Made by a program: the position numbers and the translations under genes. From the NCBI GenBank assembly GCA_035577545.1, contig DATLVI010000027.1, forward strand, positions 5,220-69,219: a DNA stretch of 64,000 nucleotides. Direction: 5' to 3'. Every line of letters starts with the position of its first letter. Within the stretch, counting starts at the first letter, position 1. Source of the DNA: Verrucomicrobiia bacterium. Lineage in GTDB: Bacteria; Verrucomicrobiota; Verrucomicrobiia; Palsa-1439. Below are positions 9,866 through 19,813 of the stretch, piece by piece. Below the pieces are notes generated by a model. That model ran no database searches and had not been told where the DNA came from. It worked only from the letters and a program-made list of their open reading frames with translations.

Positions 9866-10786
9866 TTACTCTCCCGCGTAGAAGATAAGCTTTCGGGTCG
9901 AGCGCGTCGCGACCCACGTCAGAAATAAAATAATGAGAAAGAGTATCCAGGCCATCGCGCAGGCGTACCCCATTTGGTGGAAATCAAACGCGCACTGGTA
10001 GAGGTACACGGTATAGAACAACGCGGAACGGTTCGGCCCGCCAGCGCTGGTGGCGACGCCCGCGCCTCCCAACATGCCGCCGCTGAACATGATGTAGGAC
10101 TGGGCGAACACCTGTAATGAGCCAATGATGCCCATGATTAGGTTGAAATAAATGACGGGTGAAATCATGGGGATCGTGATGTGACGGAATTTCACCCAGG
10201 GATTGGCGCCATCGATCTCCGCGGACTCGTAGAGCGAACGCGGCACGTCCTGGAGCGCCGCGAGGTAGATGACCATGGTATTGCCACAGCCCCAGAGCGT
10301 CATGAGAATCACGGACGGCTTGGTCCATTTTTCGTCCGCCAACCATTGCGGGCCGCGGATGTGCAACCAGTGCAGCGCGTAATTGAGGATGCCAAAATTA
10401 CCATTCAGGATCCACCACCAGACCATCGCGCTGGCGACGATCGGGACCAGCGATGGCAGGAAGAATATGGCGCGAAATACGGAGCGACCGCGCAAGGATT
10501 GATTCAAGAGGACGGCTATCAATAACGCGATCACCAGGCCCAACGGCAAAACGAACGCAGCAAAGTAAAAAGTGTTGTAGAGCGACTTCCAAAAGACGCT
10601 GTCGGTAAACAGGTCGCGATAATTCAGCGTGCCGACCCAAATCGGTTTGGTCAGCACGTCGTAATCACAGAACGAATAATAGACCGAGGCCAGTACGGGA
10701 TAAAGGGTGAACGCCAGGAAGCCGATGATCCAGGGGCTGACGAACGCCAGGCCGATGAGCAGGTTGCGTTTTTCACCGCGGGTCAT
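9866..10786 (-). CDS. carbohydrate ABC transporter permease (MalF-like)
   Basis: Six predicted TM segments and EAA loop ESAEIDGANPWVKFRHITIP. Lies 3 nt from the downstream permease. Confidence 0.85.
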   Translation of the reverse strand: MTRGEKRNLLIGLAFVSPWIIGFLAFTLYPVLASVYYSFCDYDVLTKPIWVGTLNYRDLFTDSVFWKSLYNTFYFAAFVLPLGLVIALLIAVLLNQSLRGRSVFRAIFFLPSLVPIVASAMVWWWILNGNFGILNYALHWLHIRGPQWLADEKWTKPSVILMTLWGCGNTMVIYLAALQDVPRSLYESAEIDGANPWVKFRHITIPMISPVIYFNLIMGIIGSLQVFAQSYIMFSGGMLGGAGVATSAGGPNRSALFYTVYLYQCAFDFHQMGYACAMAWILFLIILFLTWVATRSTRKLIFYAGE

Positions 10787-12245
10787 AACTGTTCCACTCC
10801 TTGATGCGTTCGTCTTTCACCGCGTCCCAGCGCCGCGCGACGCGATCGAACCGCCACTGGATGCGCGTCTGGACCCGGTCGAGCGCATCTTTCGGGGTTG
10901 CCACCAGGGTAATGACTCGATTGGCGGCCACGGACATTTCGTCGTTGTACTCATTCCAGACCGTCAGGCGCGGCACGTAGCGCGCATTCGGGCTCTTCGC
11001 CATCTCAATGAAGACCTTGATGTACGGGTTCGGGTGGTTGCGCATGAACTCGTCGCTGACCTTCACAAATGGGCTGAACTTGCGCTGGCCGAGGCAAAGT
11101 TTTTCCATCGGCCCCTGGGTATTGACGTAATGGATGAACTCGAAAGCTTCCTTTGGGTGCGGGGCGCCCTTGGGAATGATCAACGCGTCACACTCCGCGA
11201 ATGTCACTTCGGGATATTTCTTGGGGTCCTTGGCGGGAAACGGCGCCGCGCCCCACTCCAGTTGCGGGTTGTACTTGTCGATGAAGTTGTACATCCAGAC
11301 GCCCTGCAATTCCATTGCGACCTGTCCCGCGAGAAACGGATCTGAGGGCGAGGCGAAGTTTCCGAAAGTGGCCCCAAACCGGCGGAGATTGTCGATGCCG
11401 TATTTGTCCGTGGTCTTGCGGAACCACTCGAAAGTTTCGAGGTTCTCCGGGCTGTTCGCGGTTATTTTTCGGTCACCATCCCATAGGCTTCCGCCAAACC
11501 AGTTGACCCACATGGCGAGCCACCAGCCGGGTTGGGTTGGTAAATGACCAACCTGCACAAGCGAGAATTTTTTTGCGTGTTTTTCCGCGTCGGTCAGTTC
11601 CGTATAACGCACGCGGGCGATTTTGCCGCCACGATCGACATCCACGATCGTGAGCCGGTCACAAATCGCGTCGAGCTCGTCCAGGCTTTGCGGCGGTCGA
11701 TTCGGGTCCAGTCCCGCATCGCGGAACAGTTTCTTGTTCCAGTGCAACCCGAGCGAAACGGGTGTGCTCGGCAGGGCCCACATGAAACCGTGGGAGGCGC
11801 ATTGCTCCCAGTAGATGTGAATGTAGTCGTTGGATTTGATGCCCGCGTCGTCGATGAATTTGTTGAGGGGAGTTAGAGCCCCCTTCTCGGCGAAATCCGG
11901 GATGTTGCTCGACCAGAGGCCGGCGACGTCCGGCGGATTGCCGCCGGCCGTGGCCAGCATCACCTTGCGGAGCATTTCACTGACGGCGAGTTTCTTGACG
12001 AAGATGCGGTTTTGCGACGCGTTGAAATCGTCCACCACCGCCTCCATCGCGTCGTCCTCGAAACCGGTCCATTTCTCCCAGTACTGAATAATGGTTCGGC
12101 CATCCGCAGTCTTATCCGCCATCGATCGCCCGCAGCCGCAAAGGGGAAGGACGCAAAGCGTCGCCAGAAAAATCGGCCGCGTGGCGGGCAACAGTCTCCT
12201 TGGTGAAACTGTGTGGAATTGTTTCAGCGATCTCAGAAAAGCCAT
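10773..12245 (-). CDS. ABC transporter extracellular solute-binding lipoprotein (sugar family)
   Basis: Lipobox LPLCGC is followed by an SBP_bac_1-like sequence. The gene overlaps the permease gene by 14 nt. Confidence 0.8.
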   Translation of the reverse strand: MAFLRSLKQFHTVSPRRLLPATRPIFLATLCVLPLCGCGRSMADKTADGRTIIQYWEKWTGFEDDAMEAVVDDFNASQNRIFVKKLAVSEMLRKVMLATAGGNPPDVAGLWSSNIPDFAEKGALTPLNKFIDDAGIKSNDYIHIYWEQCASHGFMWALPSTPVSLGLHWNKKLFRDAGLDPNRPPQSLDELDAICDRLTIVDVDRGGKIARVRYTELTDAEKHAKKFSLVQVGHLPTQPGWWLAMWVNWFGGSLWDGDRKITANSPENLETFEWFRKTTDKYGIDNLRRFGATFGNFASPSDPFLAGQVAMELQGVWMYNFIDKYNPQLEWGAAPFPAKDPKKYPEVTFAECDALIIPKGAPHPKEAFEFIHYVNTQGPMEKLCLGQRKFSPFVKVSDEFMRNHPNPYIKVFIEMAKSPNARYVPRLTVWNEYNDEMSVAANRVITLVATPKDALDRVQTRIQWRFDRVARRWDAVKDERIKEWNSYDPR

Positions 12246-12248
12246 CCG

Positions 12249-14261
12249 TTAATCCTGTCCAGCGCCAACGAAGCCGACGCGGTAGATTCGCAGTTGCCCC
12301 TTTCCCTGTCCGCTGCGAATGAGGAAACTTATCGCCCTCAACCCTTGCGTGTCGAGGATCATGTTGCCGCCTTGATTACCCCAGTAGATTCGGCGTTCCG
12401 CATCGGTGAGGCGAAGACGCACGACCTGGCGGGCACCGGTGGCCGTGAATTGCGGTAGTTCGTACGACTCGCCATCGGCACCGCGCGCTCCTTCGTAGAC
12501 CTGATGCCCCGGCGGCCCGTCGCCTGTTTCCTGGAGCAGCACCTGAATCTGCAGACCGGCGGGAGCTTCAAATTCGATTTCCAAAGTCTGCGCTCCCCGC
12601 AAATCAAGTTGTTCCAAAGGCAGGTCGCCATGCAACCCCCAACCGCTCGCCGTTTCGTAAGTGAGGACCCAGGCTTCCTCCGTTTGCTCCCACGAGCCCT
12701 TGTTCCCTTGTGCGTCATCCTGATGGACCACCAATTGATTGGACGACAACACACTCTCGTTCGGCTCCATTTGGACCGGCGCTGAGAGGTGCCCCGGAGA
12801 AACACGCGCGGTCAAGAATTCTCCCCAGGCCTCTTCATCGAACGACGCCGGCAAATTGTTGGTGCGAGTAGCCAGGATCGATGGGAGTTGCTTGTGTACT
12901 TCCGTCATGGCTTCGACCAGTTCCTTGTAGGGTTGATCGTGGATGTCGACGATCCCGTAGTTGGAGTCCTCACCGTCAATCCAGCGGCCGCCGGGCGGTT
13001 GGTCCAGGTACTGGAACCAATGCGTTCCCATGATGTACGGCTCATCGGCGACCTTGCTAACGAAGGCGCGGTAGCGTTCGGCGCGTTCCGCCTGCGTGTC
13101 CACCGTGACTTCGGCCCCTTCGGTATTTCGGTCACCCGAACTGTTTTGCATCGCCCGCCACGAAAACTCGGTGATCAACACGGGTTTCTTTGTCAGGGCG
13201 TGAGTATCGCGCAGATATCCCAGATCCACCTTGCCATTCTTCGAGTACATATTGATGCTCACAACATCAGTGTACTTCGCCAGCGCCTCCATGACCGCGC
13301 GTGGCGGCTTGACGGCAAAACGGCAGCCGAGGATCAGGTGGTTCGAGTCATGGCGCCGCACGCTCGCAACGCAAATTGAGAAATAGCGGTCCGCGACCCG
13401 TCCGGCCCACGCATATTTCAGGCGCTTGGCCGTGCGGTTCTTCGGCAACAAGACCGGTTGCTTCTCCAATTCCTCCCAGGTGCCGGCCGACGTGGTCCAA
13501 TCGGCATTCAGCGCTGTGATATCCGCATACTGTTCATGAAGAAAGCGGAATAATTCCTGGCGGCCCGGCGCACTGAGAGGCAGGGCCAGATAGCGGTCGA
13601 ACAAGGAATGGTTCGGGTCTTCCGGCCAGCCGTGCTCGCCATACCAGGGTAATTCATTGTTGAGGAAGTAGCCAATCAACCAGGGATCGTCTTTGTACGG
13701 CGCAACTTCTCGAGTGGCAACCTGCTCGACAGCCTGTGCGTATTCGGCGCTGAAGACGTCGATGAGCCGGTCTTCATTCCGCGAAGGGCCGCACAACCAC
13801 ACGACCCGAGCGTGGTAAATGGGCTGCTGGTACAGTTCCTCACTGCACCACGCGGCGGCGGTATTGAATCCCCACGACTCTAATCGCCTCGCGGTGGCGC
13901 GCGCCCACGCCTGGGTGTCGGATCCAAAACGGCTGAAACCATCGTAAGAGCCCAGGGCCTTCCGCTTCGCGAATTCCGGCCGGTCGGGCCAGGTCTCCTC
14001 GGGGATGACGACGCAGACGCCCAGCGAATAAAAAAGATCGGTGCCGCGCTGGAAGAAGTATCCGTTGCTCGTGTGCGCGACCCTGATGAAAGGACCCGCG
14101 GGTTGCGCCAGGGTCTGCCGGGAAATCAGCCCGGGTCCGGACCTTGTTTGTCCCAGGGTGTGGTTGCTCTCGCAGCCTGACAAAATCACCGCCGTTAGGG
14201 AAACGCTTGAAAGAAGGACCCAATCAAATAGCGACCTTTTACGTTTCTCAATGACGGTCAT
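12249..14261 (-). CDS. putative clan GH-A (TIM-barrel) glycoside hydrolase lipoprotein with C-terminal CBM-like domain
   Basis: Lipobox ILSGC. Candidate acid/base YFLNNELPWYG and nucleophile VLITEFSW are at the spacing usual for GH-A enzymes. The C-terminal ~170 aa are beta-rich. The GH family is not identified. Confidence 0.55.
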   Translation of the reverse strand: MTVIEKRKRSLFDWVLLSSVSLTAVILSGCESNHTLGQTRSGPGLISRQTLAQPAGPFIRVAHTSNGYFFQRGTDLFYSLGVCVVIPEETWPDRPEFAKRKALGSYDGFSRFGSDTQAWARATARRLESWGFNTAAAWCSEELYQQPIYHARVVWLCGPSRNEDRLIDVFSAEYAQAVEQVATREVAPYKDDPWLIGYFLNNELPWYGEHGWPEDPNHSLFDRYLALPLSAPGRQELFRFLHEQYADITALNADWTTSAGTWEELEKQPVLLPKNRTAKRLKYAWAGRVADRYFSICVASVRRHDSNHLILGCRFAVKPPRAVMEALAKYTDVVSINMYSKNGKVDLGYLRDTHALTKKPVLITEFSWRAMQNSSGDRNTEGAEVTVDTQAERAERYRAFVSKVADEPYIMGTHWFQYLDQPPGGRWIDGEDSNYGIVDIHDQPYKELVEAMTEVHKQLPSILATRTNNLPASFDEEAWGEFLTARVSPGHLSAPVQMEPNESVLSSNQLVVHQDDAQGNKGSWEQTEEAWVLTYETASGWGLHGDLPLEQLDLRGAQTLEIEFEAPAGLQIQVLLQETGDGPPGHQVYEGARGADGESYELPQFTATGARQVVRLRLTDAERRIYWGNQGGNMILDTQGLRAISFLIRSGQGKGQLRIYRVGFVGAGQD

Positions 14262-14329
14262 AAATGAATCCTAACAGACGGTTCGTTAAGAACTCAATTG
14301 CGGACTTACGCGCGCAACACGCCCGGCCC

Positions 14330-14965
14330 TCACTCCGCCGACACTTTTACGACCGAGGCATCGTCAACGAGAAAAACGCAGTTGGCAACCGGCTGGCCCT
14401 GGCCCTTCTCGACGATCACACAATGCGCTTTCGCGGCGTTCGGCGGGGCGGCGCCAACCACCTCGAATCTCGTCCACTCCGTCGCCGACAATGACGCTCC
14501 CCAAGCCGGGCTCCACAGCCGACCGGCTTCGGCGCCATTGGCGTCGTGCCATTCAATGGACAACTGGCCGATCACCGAGCCCTTGAGCGGATGCGCAGGA
14601 TCATTCCTGACGTAAACGCTGAACTGATAGGTCTCACCGGGCGTCACGGGGACCGCTTGAAATATCCCTTGGTAGAAATTGGGAACTGCGTGTGACACAA
14701 ATCGGGCGGCCTGGCCACCGGAGTGCGCCGGGCCGGCCGAGAGCGTCATCAATTCAGCCGTGCCGCCGGTGAATGCCTGCCAGCCTGCCTGCCGTATCGG
14801 CGCCCAACCCCCGGCCGGAAGAACCGGTGTTTCAAAGTTGGGATCCGAAAGGAGTTCCTCGGGGGCGGCTTTGGACAAAACTTTTACGCCGGACTGCCCG
14901 GTGAAGACGAAAAACCCTGTGAGCGCAGATATGGCCAACAGGCCGACTTTAACTGACCTCATCAT
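14330..14965 (-). CDS. secreted CBM4/9-like carbohydrate-binding domain protein
   Basis: Signal peptide, then LSDPNFETP...GGW...AHSGGQAARF..., a jelly-roll pattern shared with paralogs in this window. Confidence 0.6.
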   Translation of the reverse strand: MMRSVKVGLLAISALTGFFVFTGQSGVKVLSKAAPEELLSDPNFETPVLPAGGWAPIRQAGWQAFTGGTAELMTLSAGPAHSGGQAARFVSHAVPNFYQGIFQAVPVTPGETYQFSVYVRNDPAHPLKGSVIGQLSIEWHDANGAEAGRLWSPAWGASLSATEWTRFEVVGAAPPNAAKAHCVIVEKGQGQPVANCVFLVDDASVVKVSAE

Positions 14966-15077
14966 GGGTTCCGAAATCTCAACCTAGTCATCACACTCAA
15001 AGCGAGACAACGCACGCTTCCGATTGTTGCCCCTTCGCTGTCGGAAACCCCTGGCTGAATCAGCCACCCAAGATTTA

Positions 15078-15115
15078 TCCCCCGCCTACCCAGCTTGCGC
15101 TGGATAAGCGGGGGA
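15078..15115 (-). terminator. possible hairpin terminator downstream of the PEP-CTERM gene
   Basis: TCCCCCGC (15078-15085) pairs with GCGGGGGA (15108-15115). An inner CCAGC/GCTGG hairpin sits between them. The U-tract is weak. Confidence 0.3.
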
Positions 15116-15139
15116 AATCGTATTACGCCGACAACGAAA

Positions 15140-15802
15140 CTACACGCGACGCTTCTTGGCGAACGCGACGAGACCCAGCAAACCCGTCAGCGCCATCGCA
15201 ACGGTGCTCGGCTCAGGAACCAGATCCAGCGTCTGGTCATCGAAGTAGGTCGTTTGCGCCGTGGCATCGAGAACAAGATCAAACGCCTGGATGGAAGCCG
15301 TGCCTGCCGGAGCAGTCGCCGTCACGGACAAGGGGATCCAAACACCCGCTGTGGAGCTTGAGTCAACTTTGTTGCCGACCTTCGCATTTCCGGGCGATGT
15401 ATCCGTCGTGCCGAGATTGCTTCCCGTGCCATTGGGGCCAGACCAGAATGTGATCTGCAAAGCGCCCCAAGTATTGGCGTTGACAGCCGGAACCGTTGGC
15501 TCAAGACCAAAGGCCGTCATCGTGTACTGCTGGCCGGCGCTCGCCGGAAACGTTTGGTAGGCGCCTGGAACCGAGTAACCGCCTCCGCCCGCCAACTTGT
15601 TTGCGTTTGTACCGGAATGCGCGAAGTCAGTTGAAAACACGCCGCCGTTAAAGAACGTCCAACCGCCAACACCGTTGCCACTACCGCTGATGACCGCCCC
15701 TTCAGAACCCGGATCTACGAGCAGATTCGCCTTGCTCGTTGTGGACATAGCCAGCGTGAATATCGCAACACACGCCAGCATACTAAGAACTCGCTTCTCC
15801 AT
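15140..15802 (-). CDS. PEP-CTERM sorting-domain protein with CBM-like jelly-roll
   Basis: C-terminus is VPEPSTVAMALTGLLGLVAFAKKRRV. The N-terminus MEKR... follows RBS AAGGGAGA, the same arrangement as the genes starting at 21256 and 22271. Confidence 0.8.
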   Translation of the reverse strand: MEKRVLSMLACVAIFTLAMSTTSKANLLVDPGSEGAVISGSGNGVGGWTFFNGGVFSTDFAHSGTNANKLAGGGGYSVPGAYQTFPASAGQQYTMTAFGLEPTVPAVNANTWGALQITFWSGPNGTGSNLGTTDTSPGNAKVGNKVDSSSTAGVWIPLSVTATAPAGTASIQAFDLVLDATAQTTYFDDQTLDLVPEPSTVAMALTGLLGLVAFAKKRRV

Positions 15803-15853
15803 AACCATTTCTCCCTTCGGTTTAGTAAACGAACTATACCTTTACTCGCTTGG

Positions 15854-15887
15854 TGCAAATGATTGCAGATTCATAGAAAGATGTCAA
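15854..15887 (-). promoter_or_regulatory. candidate promoter: TTGACA (15882-15887) - N14 - operator TGCAAATGATTGCA (15854-15867)
   Basis: Identical operator, identical 14-nt gap to TTGACA and identical 52-nt distance to the ATG as at 22323-22356. Confidence 0.55.
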
Positions 15888-16010
15888 CTTCATTCTGACA
15901 CGCAATGGTCATAGTGGTGAGGAGCATCCCCGGTTTAATGTGTAATCCAATACCATGCAGGTTCGGCAGGCAACCTATCTCACTGGTTTTCCAGTGACAG
16001 ATCCAGCAAC

Positions 16011-16024
16011 TGCAATCGTTTGCA
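16011..16024. promoter_or_regulatory. auxiliary operator-like palindrome TGCAATCGTTTGCA
   Basis: 6 of 7 positions are palindromic. It lies 157 bp centre-to-centre from the operator at 15854-15867. Its first 12 nt are identical to 22479-22490. Confidence 0.45.
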
Positions 16025-16459
16025 CAAGCGGTATTTGAGGAAATTAATGTCCATTTTACTGGGGGACCAAGCGGCTTTACAATAGTAGCAGCACACCTCG
16101 CTCGCAATCAGGATGATCAAAAACATCGCTTTTTTGGAAGAAAAATCATTACGCTTTACACGATGTCTTGAGGGGCTTTTCCCAAAATAACATCACTACA
16201 GGGCTTACAACCGGCTTTTCCAGTCGTCTGGTTGTGGCCAACTGTGCGCTGTGGCGGCACAGGTCTTGTTGTGGGTCAATTGCCCGATTACGGCGTGTCT
16301 GGCGCGGTTCTGGTAAAAAGGCCCATTGCCTGGTCTGAAGCAATGCAGTCTGCATAGGAGATGGTGTTCACGCGGCAACGTTTTATCTGAACGGCAGTAT
16401 GAACCCAGAAGATCTAATCGGACATTTCCGCGAGCTTCTAAACTTTTTGCCGGTGTCAC

Positions 16460-18784
16460 TTACTCAGCCGCAGCGATGCTCGATGTCGGACCGGCCATCG
16501 GGCGGCGCAGGATCGCGATTAGATAAAACAGACCGACGAGAAGGATGAGGGCGCGGATGCCGGTGACGAATGACAGCGACTCCAGCAGACCTCCAACCAG
16601 CGCGCCAATGAGATTGGAGCCGAGCGCGCGGGATTTGTCTTCGCACTGGGCGAAGGAGCGGATGAAGATGAGACCGGCGAAGAACACGGGCGCGGTCAGA
16701 AACGCGCTGGCGGCGAGCAGTTTGGCCACTCCCGTCAACGCATTGAACCAGTCCAGCGGCACCGATGCCAGACCGGCAAGGGTGAGCGCGAGTGCGGCGA
16801 TGATCACGGCTTGTGGAATGCGTGGCCAGCGCCACGCCACGAGGTTGGACAACAGGATCATCACGAGCACCGCGGAGATGACGATGGCGTTGACAATCCA
16901 TGTCATCCCGAACAGCAACGTTGCGCGGCTGACGGTTTGGACTTCGAGCAGGAGAAACGCGGCTCCCAGCGCGAAGAAATGCCTGTCCGATCCGCTGACC
17001 ACTCCGAGAGCGCGTCTCCCTGCCACCAGCACGGCCACCAAAATCGCGGTCGAAACGATCAGGTGCAGTTTCGGGATCCCCGGCTGCCTCAGGTACAAGT
17101 ACGGCCAGTCGTCGGTCGGAGCACGGGTGTTGCCGGTGGGATGCCACTGCCAGGACGCGAGGTAGTCGCGAAGCGCGGGGCTTTCGACTGTCTGCGTGGT
17201 TACCGGTGGTTCGCCGATGACGAGGGTGGCCGTTGGAACTCGTTTGAGCTGGGCGGCGATGGCTGTGTCACAATAAGCGAACGGGTCGTGCCCAAACGTC
17301 TGCCGCAGCAGGTTGAACAAACGGTCCACCATCCACGTGCGCTGGACCGGGAAATTGACCACCATCAGGCCGTCCGGTGCCAAAAGCTTTCTGGCCTCGC
17401 GGAAACTTTCCAGCGTGTACACATAGTGGTCCAACCGCATGTTGTTATAGGAGGAGCTGAGCGTGTGGGCATCGAGCCATCCGTACCAAATTAAATCATA
17501 CGGTCCGTTGGCGTGCTTGAAGAAAGCGCGCGCATCATCGACCGTCACCCGCACTCGGGGAGAGCTATACGGCTGTTCAGGATGGATTCGCTGGCCCACG
17601 GCGTAGATCTGTGGATCGATTTCCACGCAGTCGACTTGCACCGTACCGTGGCGCAGCGCTGCGGCTGCGTTATTGCCTGCACCGGCGCCGACAATCAGGA
17701 CGCGGTGCGCATTCGGCTTGAAGCTGAAGGGGACACTATAGACATTGCGTTCGAAGGGCTCTTGTTCGAAGAGTCCCGGATGATTCGTGACGAAACGGTC
17801 AGAGAGATCGAGGAGAGTCTGGTGTACCGTTCCATTCGCCTGCAAAAGATAGCCCCATTGCACCGGATTCCATCCGGTCGTCCAGAACGGAGATACCACA
17901 AGCTTTTGATAGGGCGACCAGATGATCAGATCAGAGGACAAATCGCCCCACCACACGACCCCGGCGCTCACAATCACCAAAACTACCGGCAACAATGTGC
18001 GCGCCTGTCCGGCGAGAAGGACGGCTGCCAGCAGCCCTGCCGCCACCAGTATCCAGACGGTTGGCGTTGTGCAGGCCCAGCTCAAGCTGTTAAAGAGCCA
18101 AACTCCGGCGAGGCTACCTGCGACATTCACCGAATAGGCCCGGATGATGCGCGGGGCGCGTTGCATCGCCCGGCCCAGTATCTGTCCCAGTGGCGCAAAG
18201 GTGAGGGTCAACACGACAATAAGGATTCCAATGAAAAAGATGCCCGTCGCGTAGTCCGCGCTCCCTTGTACATCCTGCCAGACAGTCGAGTCCTCAAAGT
18301 CGCTGAGTAGAAACGATATTTTGGAAAAGCTCAGCGCTTCACTGCGCAACGGATTGGCCACCAGTGTGGCGAGGAACAATAGACTGGCGGCCATGACCAC
18401 CGGCTTCACGGGTTTCGCCGCCCGATAACACCCCCAACCGATGCCAAAGAAACACATGATCAGGGTGAGATTGCCCAGATACGCAAAGATGCGGATCTCC
18501 GTGCCGATCCAGCGAATCAGCGCGAGTTCCAAGAAGAGAATCAGCGCGCTGATGAAGAAAACTTCCGCGTCGGATCGAAGAAGCGAATCGACCGTGGCAT
18601 TATTTCGGGATTGTACCAATTTCTTTTTCACTGGGGGGTAGCCTCGTTGTTGCGATGCACGAATGTCATTGTTATTCCCTCCCGAGCGGATTGACCAGCT
18701 TTCCGTTGGATAACAAGGCGCCTTGAAACAGTCGGAAGTGCAGCCGCAATGGTGGCACTTCACGGGCCGCGAAATAGTTTGCAA
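16460..18784 (-). CDS. fused polytopic membrane protein / spermidine synthase-like (SAM-dependent aminopropyltransferase fold)
   Basis: N- and C-terminal multi-TM blocks flank VLIVGAGAGNNAAAALRHG...VDCVEIDP, a Rossmann/spermidine-synthase-like core. The start is uncertain; GTG at 18631 with an upstream GAGG is an alternative. Confidence 0.65.
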   Translation of the reverse strand: MQTISRPVKCHHCGCTSDCFKAPCYPTESWSIRSGGNNNDIRASQQRGYPPVKKKLVQSRNNATVDSLLRSDAEVFFISALILFLELALIRWIGTEIRIFAYLGNLTLIMCFFGIGWGCYRAAKPVKPVVMAASLLFLATLVANPLRSEALSFSKISFLLSDFEDSTVWQDVQGSADYATGIFFIGILIVVLTLTFAPLGQILGRAMQRAPRIIRAYSVNVAGSLAGVWLFNSLSWACTTPTVWILVAAGLLAAVLLAGQARTLLPVVLVIVSAGVVWWGDLSSDLIIWSPYQKLVVSPFWTTGWNPVQWGYLLQANGTVHQTLLDLSDRFVTNHPGLFEQEPFERNVYSVPFSFKPNAHRVLIVGAGAGNNAAAALRHGTVQVDCVEIDPQIYAVGQRIHPEQPYSSPRVRVTVDDARAFFKHANGPYDLIWYGWLDAHTLSSSYNNMRLDHYVYTLESFREARKLLAPDGLMVVNFPVQRTWMVDRLFNLLRQTFGHDPFAYCDTAIAAQLKRVPTATLVIGEPPVTTQTVESPALRDYLASWQWHPTGNTRAPTDDWPYLYLRQPGIPKLHLIVSTAILVAVLVAGRRALGVVSGSDRHFFALGAAFLLLEVQTVSRATLLFGMTWIVNAIVISAVLVMILLSNLVAWRWPRIPQAVIIAALALTLAGLASVPLDWFNALTGVAKLLAASAFLTAPVFFAGLIFIRSFAQCEDKSRALGSNLIGALVGGLLESLSFVTGIRALILLVGLFYLIAILRRPMAGPTSSIAAAE

Positions 18785-18931
18785 GCTGGCTTCTTGGAAG
18801 GAAAAAACAGGGCGCAGTCGTCGGTAGATTCATCCGGTCGTGAACGAGAGCGATTTTTGTTTCTTACTCAACTCTTATTCAACACGACTGCGCCCTGCAA
18901 TCGTCACTCGGCTCAAATGGAAAACGATCCG

Positions 18932-19738
18932 TTACTGATCGAAATAGAGGTTGCGGCGCAAGAGTTGGCCGCCGAGCATCGACTCTACATGCCCGTCCAC
19001 GAAAAGAAAGTTCGCGCCGTTGTTGCTGTAGTGGCGCCACCGAATCAGGCCCTGGACACCATCAACGTTTAACCCGGTAGGCTCGAATTTATCGGGTGCT
19101 AGACCGGGGTAAGCGATGGTAGAGTCAACGAGTTGATCCGAACAGGCTTGGGCATCGTATGTGCCGGAAAAGTTAATGGATTGTTGTGTGCCATCAAAAA
19201 CCATAACCACTTCACTGGGGCGATTGCATTGGGACAGCTTGTAGTACGGGATTTTAATACCACCAGACATGGTGCATGGATTCGGCTCACACCAAAACAT
19301 CGCCCGATGGGCAGTGTAGGTTAGTGATACTGTCGTGCCTGCCGGTGGCGTTAGCACAGCCGACGGGCAGAGAAACACTGCGCTCTTGTTATCAGCGCCG
19401 GCATAGGTCGTCTGGCTTTTCGCCAGGTACGGTCCAATGAGCAGATGCCAATCCGAAATCCCGGGGGCAACGTACCCGGGCGGAAGGCAGCTATCGTTGT
19501 CATCGGCATACAAGACAACGGCAACGCCAATTTGTTTCAGGTTGGATACACAGAGCGCAGTCTTGGCCTTGGCGCGGGCCTTGTTCAATGCGGGCAATAG
19601 CATCGCCGCGAGAATCCCGATGATCGCGATGACCACCAACAATTCAATCAAGGTGAACGCCGCCGCAACTCCATTCCTGCCATGCGATCTCACGATTCTT
19701 CTCCTTTGCTGCTCCGAATTTTTGATCTGGTCCATCAT
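18932..19738 (-). CDS. prepilin-type N-terminal cleavage/methylation domain protein with H-X9-DG motif (DUF1559-like)
   Basis: [24 protein letters not shown] near the N-terminus. The C-terminal [10 protein letters not shown] fits the H-X9-DG family. Confidence 0.8.
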   Translation of the reverse strand: MMDQIKNSEQQRRRIVRSHGRNGVAAAFTLIELLVVIAIIGILAAMLLPALNKARAKAKTALCVSNLKQIGVAVVLYADDNDSCLPPGYVAPGISDWHLLIGPYLAKSQTTYAGADNKSAVFLCPSAVLTPPAGTTVSLTYTAHRAMFWCEPNPCTMSGGIKIPYYKLSQCNRPSEVVMVFDGTQQSINFSGTYDAQACSDQLVDSTIAYPGLAPDKFEPTGLNVDGVQGLIRWRHYSNNGANFLFVDGHVESMLGGQLLRRNLYFDQ

Positions 19739-19813
19739 TTCCTTCCGACACCGGATCCCGCCGGGCCATACCCGACCGCCATCCATCAAACAATTATCAC
19801 CCGATTCCGTGGA

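Noticed and set aside
15868-16459. Small ORFs (78, 68, 84 aa) in the AT-richer 650-bp gap upstream of the PEP-CTERM gene
   Set aside because: The ORFs have no RBS, Cys/Arg-rich odd composition and overlap one another. The gap is better explained as an extended regulatory region carrying the two operator-like sites. A decayed mobile-element remnant cannot be excluded without a search.
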